This document shows positions 40,068 through 50,058 of a DNA stretch of 64,000 nucleotides, in pieces. The notes beneath the pieces were generated by a model. The model did not search any database, was not told where the DNA came from, and worked only from the letters and a program-made list of their open reading frames with translations. This DNA is from Candidatus Bathyarchaeota archaeon (GTDB lineage Archaea; Thermoproteota; Bathyarchaeia; Bathyarchaeales; Bathycorpusculaceae): positions 64,001 to 128,000 of the forward strand of contig CAVZIW010000008.1 in NCBI GenBank assembly GCA_963775465.1, written 5' to 3'. Positions within the stretch are counted from its first letter, which is position 1. The number at the start of each line of letters is the position of its first letter. The translations under genes were made by a program, and so were the position numbers.

Positions 40068-40687
40068 CAAAAAATTATACATTTGATTCCCTAAAGAAAA
40101 AAGCCGCAGAGTTAGGTGCTGTTTCTGCAAAGATAATTTCAACAAAGAGTATCGTAATAGAAGACAGGGTTGTCTTAAAATGTAAACTTGGATGCGAAAA
40201 ATACGGAAAAACATTGGCTTGCCCGCCGTATGCTCCAACTCCAGATCAATTCCGAAAAATCGCAAATGAATACCATTATGCTATGTTTTTGAAGTTTAAG
40301 ACAACAGCCCAAGCAAACTCCCAATTGATACCTCACCTAACAAGAACAAACGATCCAACCCTTCCACCAGAGATAAAAAAGAAGGTGGATGCTTTCTGGT
40401 CTAGTTGGAAGATCAATACGCAAAAACTGCTAAGAGCCGTTTTAACACTCGAAAAGGCAGCTGTTAAAGAAGGATACCTTCTGGCTGTTGGCTTTGTTTC
40501 GGGTTCTTGTCAACTTTGTGAAAATTGCAACTTAGAAAAAGGAGTGTGCATTCATCCTGAGACTAGACGCTACTCAGAGGAGGGGGTTGGAGTAAACGTT
40601 AAATCTACAGCGGAGAAAGCTGGAGTAGAATTTACTTTGCCTTTTGAGAAGACCCCGGAAACGTTTGCTCTGCTTTTAATTGATTAG
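40064..40687 (+). CDS. DUF2284 Cys-rich metal-binding protein
   Basis: KCKLGCEKYG..LACPP, GSCQLCENC, C.HP..RYS.EG.GVNV motifs. Confidence 0.85.
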   Translation: MTKNYTFDSLKKKAAELGAVSAKIISTKSIVIEDRVVLKCKLGCEKYGKTLACPPYAPTPDQFRKIANEYHYAMFLKFKTTAQANSQLIPHLTRTNDPTLPPEIKKKVDAFWSSWKINTQKLLRAVLTLEKAAVKEGYLLAVGFVSGSCQLCENCNLEKGVCIHPETRRYSEEGVGVNVKSTAEKAGVEFTLPFEKTPETFALLLID

Positions 40688-40838
40688 ATACTTTGAATGT
40701 GAAAAGACTATTCTTTATTATTGGACGGATCTCGAAATCATTATCATCAATGAACGCAATTAAAATAGAAATGTAATCTAAACCTTAAATAACAAAGACT
40801 CCAAACAAACAACCAGACTTAGCATTGCAGGGGTCAAA

Positions 40839-41924
40839 ATGAGCATTAACCCAAAAATCAAAGGTATACAAGCTCAAGTCAAAGGAAGTGTACTTGTTAT
40901 TCAATCCAAAACTCCTTTGAGGATTCTTAGTTCAGCTATTTTTAACGGAGGTTTAAAATATGCAAACGCTTTGCTCAACATTCAGGTTCCAGAAGGCTTG
41001 GGCAGCGATAAAGACGATGTGCACTGGAGCCCTGAAGGTTTCTTAAACGAACAAGTGCAAATGCTAAATCTCGAAAAAGATAAAACAGTTGCACTTATGA
41101 CAGCTGCCAAAATGCAAAACCTCGCAATCTGTCGTGACAAATGCAATGAAACGGTATTGACTGTTTTTGCTACCGCCGGCAAAACAGTCGCCGTTACAGC
41201 AGGTGAACCTGCAGCTTCGAAAAACGGTTACAGAATTGGGACTATAAATATTATTTTGCTCGTTGACGGAAACTTGACAGAGGGCTGTATGGTTGAAATC
41301 ATTAAAACCATGACTGAGGCAAAAACGGTTGCCCTGCGCGAATTGGATCTTAGAAGCCAATTTTCTGGCGATTTGGCGACTGGAACGTTAACTGATAGTG
41401 TTTTGGTTGGATGCACAAACAGAGGTGAGTTGATCCAATTTGCTGGAACCTTTACCCTTTTAGGAGAATTGATAGGGAAATGTGTGCGGCAAGCAGTTAA
41501 ATTAGCTCTCCAAAAACAGGAGAAACTTATCTCCGCAAGGCCGTTAATGGAGAGATTGGTTGAACGAGGCATATCACATCAGGTCATCATGTCGTTGAAG
41601 CCGGATCTAAAAAACAAAAATGTTAAGTTGATTCAAAAACAACTGGAGCTTCTTTTTATGGATAAAAATGTTGTTTCTCTTATTCTAGCGAGTCTTAGAA
41701 TAGATGAAGATTATAGAAAGGGTTTAATCCCGGAAGGTGCAACCAGAAAAATCGATAAATCAACCTTCGAAGAGATCGCCTTTGCATCTTTAAGATGTCA
41801 GTTAAACGATGACACTTTCCTAGATGTCAAGAGTAAAATGGCAACCGAACCAATGTTTCCGGGTCCCTTCACAAAGTGCCTTTTACTATCTATTCTAGAA
41901 AAAGCTGACTTAGCTGCTGCTTAA
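40839..41924 (+). CDS. cbiZ: Adenosylcobinamide amidohydrolase CbiZ (with C-terminal extension)
   Basis: LSSAIFNGG, LMTAA, GTINI, TEAK and ATGT.TD motifs. Confidence 0.88.
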   Translation: MSINPKIKGIQAQVKGSVLVIQSKTPLRILSSAIFNGGLKYANALLNIQVPEGLGSDKDDVHWSPEGFLNEQVQMLNLEKDKTVALMTAAKMQNLAICRDKCNETVLTVFATAGKTVAVTAGEPAASKNGYRIGTINIILLVDGNLTEGCMVEIIKTMTEAKTVALRELDLRSQFSGDLATGTLTDSVLVGCTNRGELIQFAGTFTLLGELIGKCVRQAVKLALQKQEKLISARPLMERLVERGISHQVIMSLKPDLKNKNVKLIQKQLELLFMDKNVVSLILASLRIDEDYRKGLIPEGATRKIDKSTFEEIAFASLRCQLNDDTFLDVKSKMATEPMFPGPFTKCLLLSILEKADLAAA

Positions 41925-42000
41925 GCCCTTCGCTAAACAGCCCGCTAAAGAAAAACATTACTATTCATACGGAAAAATAACATTCATTGGCTGGTGAATA

Positions 42001-42703
42001 GCCTGGGACCCTTCGATAATCTTTATCCTCTTAACCGGATTAGCGTTAGGTATAGTTCACTCTTTTGACCCTAACCATCTTATTGCTGTTTCAGCCTTGC
42101 TAATGCAATAATAAAAGCCTTCACAAATCAGTTGTCTCAGCCAATGTGTGGGGAATCGGTCATTCCTTTATGCTTTTTTTGTGGGTTTGTTTATATTAAT
42201 TTTCAAAGTGGCAATTCCAGATGCTATTGTTAACATTTTTGCACTTGCTGCTGGCATTCTGTTAATAATTTTAGGTGCCTTTATGCTTGGACCTATAATT
42301 GCCCAAAGACTTGGTCTAATCCACACAAAGAAACAAACTGATTACCCATTATTGCTTGAAAATCAAATTGATTCAACCAAAGCGGTCAACATTCACTCTT
42401 TCACAAATCAGCCTTCACAGGCGCTTAGCAGGGGCTTGGCGGCAGTGCATAATTGATGTTAGTTACATTGGCAACTGTAAGTTCAGCTCAGTAGAGATAG
42501 GCTTGATTTTTATTATCTTATTTGGGTTAGGCTTAATATTTGGTATGGTTTGCATCTCCTGTTTGTTGGGATCTATTATTGCATATGCAGCAAACAACTT
42601 GTCTAAAATTCACTTAATAATTATAGTTGTCACGGGTTCAGTGAGTAGCGGATTTGGCTTATTTATATGCTTGAACATTTTAATATTGAATAGCGATCTA
42701 TGA
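42001..42703 (+). pseudogene. Fragmented UreH/NiCoT-like nickel/cobalt transporter
   Basis: Motifs are spread over different frames: GIVHSFDPNHLIAVS, WGIGHS, GLGGSA and FGLGLIFGM. There are several frameshifts and stops. Confidence 0.7.
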
Positions 42704-42798
42704 TAATAACAACTTTTGAACGTTTAATAGTGATTCGCAATTCAATCGGATTAAAAAAAATGAGAAAGATGTTGGAAGACAACCAACATTTGCGGCTT

Positions 42799-43329
42799 TT
42801 AGGTTTCGTTGAAAGTTGAGGCTGAAATTGTTGGGTTTATAACAATATCGGAGACCACTGCGGATCCGATTGTTGTATCGTCGATTGAGTATGTAGCGTC
42901 TTCTCCGTTCCAATGTGTAAGGTTGTCTAGATAGTCTTGCCATGTTGCGCCCCAAGCAAGCCAATCGTCAGCAAAAACGCCTGCAGTCCATGTGGCTCCA
43001 CTGTCCGTGCTTTCCCAAGCTGTTTGAGTGCCAGCGTTTAATATGTATGCATAGCCTCCTTCGAGGTCAACTCTGAATGTAACCATGTCGGAATGAATAT
43101 CTTTGCCTTGCCACATGTACGTTGTTGTTGTTCCACCGCTTGTTACGTCAGCGCTAAAAGATACGGTTGTTGCATCTGCTATCCCTGAAGGACCAGGCGT
43201 TGGAGTTGGTGTGGCTTCAGTATTGCCACTATTTCCGTAGTAGTACCATGCTGCAACTCCTGCAATGACGATAATGATAATTACGACCGCAACAATAGCA
43301 TAAGTTGATGTTTTACTCATAGTTTTCAC
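42799..43329 (-). CDS. Secreted/membrane-anchored surface protein
   Basis: N-terminal hydrophobic helix, a PT-rich linker and a T/W/D-rich domain. Confidence 0.75.
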   Translation of the reverse strand: MKTMSKTSTYAIVAVVIIIIVIAGVAAWYYYGNSGNTEATPTPTPGPSGIADATTVSFSADVTSGGTTTTYMWQGKDIHSDMVTFRVDLEGGYAYILNAGTQTAWESTDSGATWTAGVFADDWLAWGATWQDYLDNLTHWNGEDATYSIDDTTIGSAVVSDIVINPTISASTFNET

Positions 43330-43516
43330 CGAATTTTTTCCTGATCATCTGTTTTAGCGCTAACTTAATATAAGCTTTTCCAAAGGTTCAAAATATGCCC
43401 CTAAGACAGAAAATTCTTGCAGAATATTTAATCCTGGTAAATACATGGAAACTAAAGAGTTGAAGGGTGCGTGAGAAATATCAATATTTTTTCGGAGAGC
43501 AGAGATGTATAATTGT

Positions 43517-45607
43517 TTATTTTTCGATTGAAATCTTGCTAACTCCAGCGTCTTTGTCGAGGGTAATTACGTGGTCAGCTTTGGCTGCGAAGGCTTCGCT
43601 GTGGGTTACTGCAATTATTTGTTCTATGGCTTTAAAACGGCTAATAGCCTCTGCTAAGCGTTCAATACTGCCATCTTCACTTCCCAAGTTCTCAGTAGGT
43701 TCATCAAGCATAAGCATGCTAAGCCCATGTCCTGTCCTCGATAGCATAATAAGTTGACCTAAACCTAACCGATATGCAAACGCCAGTAATGTGCGTTCTC
43801 CACCCGAGAGGTTACTTACTTCGCGTTCAAAGCCCCTTTCGCTTTTTACATAAGGTGTGTAAGTCTCATCGATAAGTACATTTAGAATTGGGGATTCGTC
43901 GCCCACCAAGCCGTCAAGCACTTGTTGAACAAAATTGCGTAGAACCTTCACAAACTCACTTCGCAATTTAGGTTGAATGCTACGGTAAGCATCACGCATA
44001 GCTCCCAAAATTTCGGTGGTTTTACGGATTTTCTCTATTCGCTCCATCTTTTCCTGTGCTAGGTTGATGCGTTCTTTAACGTCATTTAGGCATCTGGCGA
44101 GATCTCTTTTACGGTTTTCTTTTGTTCGCAAATCAGCCTCTAACATGTAGTATTGACGAAAAGCTTGCTCTCGGTGATTTTTTGCCGCTTCAACATCGGA
44201 AAGATTAAATCTGCTGATTTCAAACTGTAACTCATGCAATTCTGAATGTAAGTCGTTCTCAAGTTTTTGTTTTTCTTCATATTCTCTAAAGAGATTAGTA
44301 AGGTTTTGATCTTCTTCAGCCATTCGCACTTTTAAGTCAGTAACTCGAGTAACGTATTGACTCAAGGTTGAATGTGTCTCTGAGGCAACGTTTTTAGTTT
44401 TTTGGAGGTCTGCTATTTGAAGCCTTAGTTGGTTAATGGTTTTTTCTCGTTCGATATTTTCTTGGTTAATTCTACTCATCAAGTCTGTTTTGTATTTGCC
44501 TGTTAGAGGTTGGATACAAAGTGGACATTTGTCTTCGTTTCCTAAGGAGACTGCTCTTTTTTGATCCTGTTGCATGCTTCGTGAGGTTGCTTCTTGCTCG
44601 GCCTTTAGGGTGCTTATTTTGTCATCGAAGCCTAATAGAATATTGCGTAATTCTTCGATGGATTGATGAGAAGATACTCCTGTTTGCTGGAGCTTTTCAT
44701 AGCATGTTCTTATTTGGGTTTCCAGTGAGGTTTGACGTTGGTGCAAGTTGTCAACGATGGTTTTTTTGCCTTCAATTCGTTGGGCAAGTGACACTAGAGT
44801 GGTTGACATGTTTTGGATGTTGGCGTTGCATCGAGCTTCTTTACGCTTTAGTTCTTCTACTGAGAATTTTTTCTCTTCCAACTGCTTCAGATTTGTGTTA
44901 GCTTCATCGAGAGTTTTTCTAGAAATCGTCAGTTTTTGGGTTGAATTCTCCAAATCCATTTCTATTAATGTAAACTCTTCTGTAGCACGATTATATTCGT
45001 TGCTAAGTTTTTCCATACTATTAACATCTGGATCTTTCTCGTAAAGCCTTTTTTCGGTTTCATAATCTCTTTGATATTGAGCAATATTGCTCCAAGCAAC
45101 TTCATAATCTGAAAGTCCAAATAATTCATCCAACCGTCTTTGTCTATCTCTGGGTGAGGAATCAAGTAGTTCTTTGAGATGTTCTTGTCTGAACCAGACG
45201 ATCTCACGGTAGAGTTCTTTGTCTAACCCCGTTATGGCTTTGATTTGTTCGGCTATAGCGTCATTTTTCATGCTAGCGACTAGTTTGTCATCTTCGTATA
45301 GTTTGAGTTGTTCATTATCTTGAGTGATGTTTTTTCCTTTGCGTTTTAAACCACGTGTAAGCTTGTAGGTTTTGCCATTTTGAGAGAATACCATCGTAAC
45401 TCTGCACCAATCAGCGTCTTCCCGTATTAAATAATCAAAGCTTCTACTTCCAATTGTGTCGCCAAACAAGGAAAAATCAACTGCGTAGAGTACACTTGAT
45501 TTGCCCCGTCCGACACCTCCAACGAGGCAGTTGAATCCTCGTGTAAAAGGCACGGTTGATTTGATGTGGCTGCGGATGTTTTCGAGTTGGACGATTTCTA
45601 TTTTCAA
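43517..45607 (-). CDS. rad50: Rad50/SbcC ATPase
   Basis: NIRSH, GRGKSS, coiled coil with a CPLC zinc hook, LSGGE, LDEPT and VTH motifs. Confidence 0.93.
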   Translation of the reverse strand: MKIEIVQLENIRSHIKSTVPFTRGFNCLVGGVGRGKSSVLYAVDFSLFGDTIGSRSFDYLIREDADWCRVTMVFSQNGKTYKLTRGLKRKGKNITQDNEQLKLYEDDKLVASMKNDAIAEQIKAITGLDKELYREIVWFRQEHLKELLDSSPRDRQRRLDELFGLSDYEVAWSNIAQYQRDYETEKRLYEKDPDVNSMEKLSNEYNRATEEFTLIEMDLENSTQKLTISRKTLDEANTNLKQLEEKKFSVEELKRKEARCNANIQNMSTTLVSLAQRIEGKKTIVDNLHQRQTSLETQIRTCYEKLQQTGVSSHQSIEELRNILLGFDDKISTLKAEQEATSRSMQQDQKRAVSLGNEDKCPLCIQPLTGKYKTDLMSRINQENIEREKTINQLRLQIADLQKTKNVASETHSTLSQYVTRVTDLKVRMAEEDQNLTNLFREYEEKQKLENDLHSELHELQFEISRFNLSDVEAAKNHREQAFRQYYMLEADLRTKENRKRDLARCLNDVKERINLAQEKMERIEKIRKTTEILGAMRDAYRSIQPKLRSEFVKVLRNFVQQVLDGLVGDESPILNVLIDETYTPYVKSERGFEREVSNLSGGERTLLAFAYRLGLGQLIMLSRTGHGLSMLMLDEPTENLGSEDGSIERLAEAISRFKAIEQIIAVTHSEAFAAKADHVITLDKDAGVSKISIEK

Positions 45608-46810
45608 TTCGCCAACTCCTCGATAGCCTGTTTTATTTTTTCATCCTGTCTCTTTGCCAATGGTTCAACGAGATTAATTGCTGTATTAGCAATTTTTTTT
45701 GCGTCTTCTTTTCCAAATCTTTCGTTAAAAATTTGCTCAAAATACTCAAATGCTTTAGTCTTTAGGTCTTTAAATCCGCCCTCAAAGATTGACCTAACGG
45801 TTTCTTCTGAAACAGCCGTTTCTTTAAGTAATACAATTGGGTGGACGATAAGAGCCTTTTTGGCGGCTGCCCGAATTTTTCCTAAATCAATTTCTGTGCG
45901 ACTCGCTTCCGCAGGCAAAGTACCTTTCAATACGGGTACTACAACCGCATCTTGGCAATCAGCTTCTTTTACCATTTGAGTGGCTATCTCGGTAATTCTT
46001 GTTGATGGCATACCCGTGAAGTCATGTTCCAATATAACGAATCTTCTGGGGGAAGTTAATTCTATCACTTCAGGCTGGATTTGGCCTTTTTCATCAACTT
46101 TAACGTGGTAAAAGCCCTTGATTACTGTGGCTTCGTTATAACTAACAGTTTCTGTGCATCCGCTATAAGCTATGATAACCTTCTTTGAATTTAGCCAAGA
46201 ATCGTTCGTGTACATGTCCCGCTGCATAGTAGCAGAAGCCACTGGGCAGTTGTTCGGGTGAAATTTCTGCCTCAATATAGGGTGGCTTTACATTTGGTAG
46301 ATCCACTGCTCCGTGCAAGACAAAGATGTTAGCGATGTCGGCTTCTGGAGTTGGAATGTTTTCAGCCATAAACTTTGGGAGTTCTTGTTGTGTTTTGTGT
46401 CGGTTGTGATAGTTTGGGATGCCGTAAACATAGCAGGATTCGGTCTTTCTCCAACATGCGCCTTGGTGTCTTGGCAGATGAATGATAAGTCCTGCGCTGT
46501 CTAACGGATATAGAATGGTGCTGGTGATGGTATTTGGAGCTGAATCATGTGATCCATCTACAGTTAGAACTGGAATATCTGCATCTTTTAGTAGCTTAAA
46601 GCTTCGTATAGTGTTTTCTAATGTAACATTGGTTGGACGTGCTTGATGGAATATGTCGCCTGCAATAATCATGAAGTCAGGTTTTAACTCGATTGTTTTC
46701 TCTACAAGCTCTCTGAATGCGTTATCAAAGTCTTGCCTTCTAGCCTCTAAGCCATACTGTGAATAGCCTAAATGCAAATCTGATGCGTGAACAAACCTGA
46801 ACGGTTTCAA
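45604..46810 (-). CDS. mre11: Mre11/SbcD nuclease, with a single +1 frameshift near 46175 as sequenced
   Basis: SDLHLG, AGDIF, GSHD, LHG and GHVH lie in one frame. IIAYSGCTE and the capping domain lie in the next. Confidence 0.88.
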
Positions 46811-46964
46811 GCTGGCGACTCCCTGATGTTTCGCTTTTCTTGTTGATTAGTGTCTACTTGTTTTAAAGCGTTTATGCAAGTTTTGGTTTATGGATTTTTA
46901 CGTTTTGAAGGGGAAAAATATAAACCATCATTCATATTTTTAATGGGAAAGGCGCCAAATAGTC

Positions 46965-47795
46965 ATGAACTGCCAAGTATGTCAACAACAAACCCTTCTT
47001 CCGTTTCGCTGTCCCTTCTGCGGTGGACAATACTGCAGTGCACATCGTCTTCCGGAGAACCATAATTGTGTAGGAATCAGTTCAGCTCGGGCGCAACGTA
47101 AAGAACAAGTTATGACCTCTCAAAGCCATGGATCCTATAATTATAGCTACGTTTACGGTCAAGACCCATACAAACGCAGACATTCTATCAGGTTTAGCCA
47201 AAAAGAACTCAAACATATATCCATTGCAGCTGTGCTAGTAATTGGTATCGGTGTTTCTATAGCGTTGTATGGTTTTAATTGGAGCTGGGCTGTTATCGGT
47301 GTCTTTGCTGGTATAATGACTGTTTCATTTCTCGTTCATGAGTTAGCTCATAAAGTGGTTGCACAAAAGAAAGGTATGTGGGCGGAATTTCGTCTAACCA
47401 CGTGGGGGGCTGTTTTAACTTTTGCTTCAGTGTTTTTGCCTTTCAAGATGATTGCACCTGGTGCAATGATGATAGGTGGATCAGTTCCAACCGGAAAAGA
47501 TATCGTTCGGATTTCTCTAGCAGGACCAATAACCAATATAATTCTTTCATCTACGCTATTTGGGGTAGCGTTTGGATTAGCATTTACTTTGAATCAAATT
47601 ATGTTTTCGGGGATGCTGATTTTCGCAGCCTATATCAATGCTTTCATGGCAGTATTTAATTTGATTCCGTTCGGAATTCTAGATGGCTACAAAATTTATA
47701 GTTTTAACAAGAAACTTTGGGCAATAACATTTGTGCCAAGTGCAGTTCTGACCGTGACTTCTTATTTGATTATTACTGGAACAATACCCATTTAG
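46965..47795 (+). CDS. AN1-type zinc finger fused to a site-2 (M50-like) membrane protease
   Basis: CQVC..PFRCPFCG..CSAHRLPENHNC, HELAH, AGP and FNLIPFGILDG motifs. Confidence 0.88.
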   Translation: MNCQVCQQQTLLPFRCPFCGGQYCSAHRLPENHNCVGISSARAQRKEQVMTSQSHGSYNYSYVYGQDPYKRRHSIRFSQKELKHISIAAVLVIGIGVSIALYGFNWSWAVIGVFAGIMTVSFLVHELAHKVVAQKKGMWAEFRLTTWGAVLTFASVFLPFKMIAPGAMMIGGSVPTGKDIVRISLAGPITNIILSSTLFGVAFGLAFTLNQIMFSGMLIFAAYINAFMAVFNLIPFGILDGYKIYSFNKKLWAITFVPSAVLTVTSYLIITGTIPI

Positions 47796-48133
47796 TTTTC
47801 ATTGTTCCCGTTGGTTAAAGAATTTGACAAAATGTCTGTATTTAGTTCGAGTTGTTTCAGCCAACATTTTTGCTTCGTTTTGGCGTAATTTTTTTTCTTT
47901 GAGGATGGGTTATTGTTGAGTGTTCCCATCCAATCTTTTGGTGGCGGGGAGGTTTGCTTTTTTGGTTCTGAATGTTTTTCAGTTGTTGTTGGGATGGGCG
48001 GCGTGTTTTTTTGTTTGTAATCTATGTTGGGTTGGGTCGGATGGGATGAGGACGGGGAAGCCTGTCGTATTTCTATGAAGGGTGAACTATATTTAGAAAC
48101 ATCGGTAAAACTAACCATTAAAGCTAAATACAC
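47792..48133 (-). CDS. Low-complexity hypothetical ORF
   Basis: P/K/T/N-rich ORF whose stop overlaps the neighbouring gene's stop. It may be spurious. Confidence 0.3.
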   Translation of the reverse strand: MYLALMVSFTDVSKYSSPFIEIRQASPSSSHPTQPNIDYKQKNTPPIPTTTEKHSEPKKQTSPPPKDWMGTLNNNPSSKKKNYAKTKQKCWLKQLELNTDILSNSLTNGNNEN

Positions 48134-48172
48134 ACACTAGAAAATGAAATTAAATAAGAAACTAAAAAACAC

Positions 48173-48481
48173 TTAGATGAGTTCGATTGTTACATGTACT
48201 TCTTCTGGTACACGGATACGCATTATTCGACGCATGACCCGTTCCTCAGAGTCGATGTCGATTAAACGTTTGTGTATGCGCATTTCCCATCGGTCCCATG
48301 AGGCTGTGCCTTCGCCTGAAGGACCTTTAAGGACGGGGACACGTAAGCGTTTGGTTGGTAAGGGTACAGGGCCGTTCATTTTCACGCCTGTCTTTTGGGC
48401 AATGCTTCTGAGTTCTCCACATACCTCTTCTAGTTTCTCATAATCGGTGCTTGTGAGGCGTATTCGTGCTTTTCTTACCAT
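48173..48481 (-). CDS. rps10: 30S ribosomal protein uS10
   Basis: [31 protein letters not shown] motifs. Confidence 0.97.
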   Translation of the reverse strand: MVRKARIRLTSTDYEKLEEVCGELRSIAQKTGVKMNGPVPLPTKRLRVPVLKGPSGEGTASWDRWEMRIHKRLIDIDSEERVMRRIMRIRVPEEVHVTIELI

Positions 48482-48722
48482 GCTTTGAAGTCAAATCCCG
48501 TTTATTGCAAACCATAGACACAATAGCCCAACATAAAAAGCTTTTGACCCGCAAAAATAAAGGCAATAGCAGAAACCAGCTGTCACATCAAAGAACATTG
48601 CTTAAGACTGTAACTCTTGACTTAGATTCAGAAAAAGCGAAGAATTCATAAATAGCTGGTTCTTTTGGTTGGTCTCCTCTTACTTGTATAGAGAAAATTG
48701 ATAGCGGTTTGTTAACGAGAAA

Positions 48723-48965
48723 TTATCTTGTTTTTGCTGAATTTCCGAGTCTTTTTTCGATATCTTCAAGCTGTTTGGCAGTAAACTGTTCTTCTCTGCA
48801 AGTTGGACAACGGAGAGCTTCTACGTCGTGTAGAATTATCCCGTCTACTTCGAAGTCAAACTTTATTTTTATGTATTCGACGCAGCAGGAAGGGCAAAGG
48901 AACGCGTTTGCTTTTGTGCCTTTATTGAGTGAATTTTTTTCCAAGCTGCTCTGCCCATGCCTCAA
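48723..48965 (-). CDS. Small YgiT/MqsA-type zinc-finger protein
   Basis: CPSC...I.LHDVEALRCPTCREE. The start is uncertain. Confidence 0.6.
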   Translation of the reverse strand: MRHGQSSLEKNSLNKGTKANAFLCPSCCVEYIKIKFDFEVDGIILHDVEALRCPTCREEQFTAKQLEDIEKRLGNSAKTR

Positions 48966-49398
48966 CTTTAGTTAAATCCGTGTTGTCTATCATAGTTTTC
49001 CTAAAATATCTTATGCGTCCACCAAAGGCTTCTGTGCTAACTGTATTGTTCAGGTTGCATTTGGTTAAGGTGTTTTCTACAAATTTCGTTTTAGCGCTTT
49101 GGTAACTTTCAGGAGTAGGCGTGCCTGCCCAAGAGGAACAAACAAAAAAAGCTACTTTCTTTTCGCCAAAATCATTTTTTAGAAATTTAACGGCTTTACC
49201 GTAAACTCTGCCTACCCTAACCCCTCCACCGACAATTACGTTGCTGTACTGTTTTAAATCAGGCATTTCTTGCTTTTTGAGGTTAACTATATCCACTTCT
49301 AAATTAAATTTGGAACGTAAAACTTCGGCAATTTTTCGTGCTGCTTCACCCGTGGCGCCACCCCTTGTTTCATAGGCGATGAGGGTTTTGTCAGGCAA
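48922..49398 (-). CDS. Flavodoxin-domain (HemG-like) protein
   Basis: IAYETRGGATGEAA, IVGGGV, VAFF and FGG motifs. Confidence 0.8.
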   Translation of the reverse strand: MPDKTLIAYETRGGATGEAARKIAEVLRSKFNLEVDIVNLKKQEMPDLKQYSNVIVGGGVRVGRVYGKAVKFLKNDFGEKKVAFFVCSSWAGTPTPESYQSAKTKFVENTLTKCNLNNTVSTEAFGGRIRYFRKTMIDNTDLTKVEAWAEQLGKKFTQ

Positions 49399-49399
49399 A

Positions 49400-49768
49400 T
49401 TAGTCTCTTTCCCGAGTTTCAGATTGGGTTATCCGGCTTCCGCAGTTGTTGCAGAAAATTGACCCAGAAAAATTTTTGGTTCCGCATTTAGGGCAGGTTA
49501 TTGTGCTTTGTGATGAAGCGTTTGGGGCAGTTTTTTCCTGTAGGCCCTCTTTCACCTTCTTAAAGGCAGCATGTGTTTCTTTTGCAGCTATGGTGAATGC
49601 TTTTTCAAGTTCAAGTCCCGCTTGGTAAAATGCATCCCTTATCTCATCTGCTGGATAATTTGCTTTGGCAGCTTTGCCTTTGAGAGTTTTTGTGCCACAT
49701 TTTGGGCAAAAGAAGGCATCTTCATCGATTTTTGAGCCGCAGCTAGAGCAGTAAACCAATATTTTCAC
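49400..49768 (-). CDS. Double zinc-ribbon protein
   Basis: Two CxxCG..FCxxCG units. Confidence 0.8.
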   Translation of the reverse strand: MKILVYCSSCGSKIDEDAFFCPKCGTKTLKGKAAKANYPADEIRDAFYQAGLELEKAFTIAAKETHAAFKKVKEGLQEKTAPNASSQSTITCPKCGTKNFSGSIFCNNCGSRITQSETRERD

Positions 49769-50058
49769 CAGTAATTATGCTGATTGGTTGCGGCTTTTAA
49801 GTCTTTAGGGGTATTCAAAATTAGTTGTATTATTTGTTTTGCATTTTTTTGTCTGCTAAAACAACAACACCTAAAAATTCTTGTTGTTCTTCCAACCCTC
49901 GATGGGCAGAGGGGCAGTGAGCTATTGTTTTGTTGACGAAAAAATACAGCTTCATAGGTTTCCATGAAGATTAAAAGGCGCTAATTAGATTTAAAATTAT
50001 GCACACTTCTAAGTCTTTATTAAAATTGGAATCGAAAAAAGAAAAAGTGAGGGCGTTT

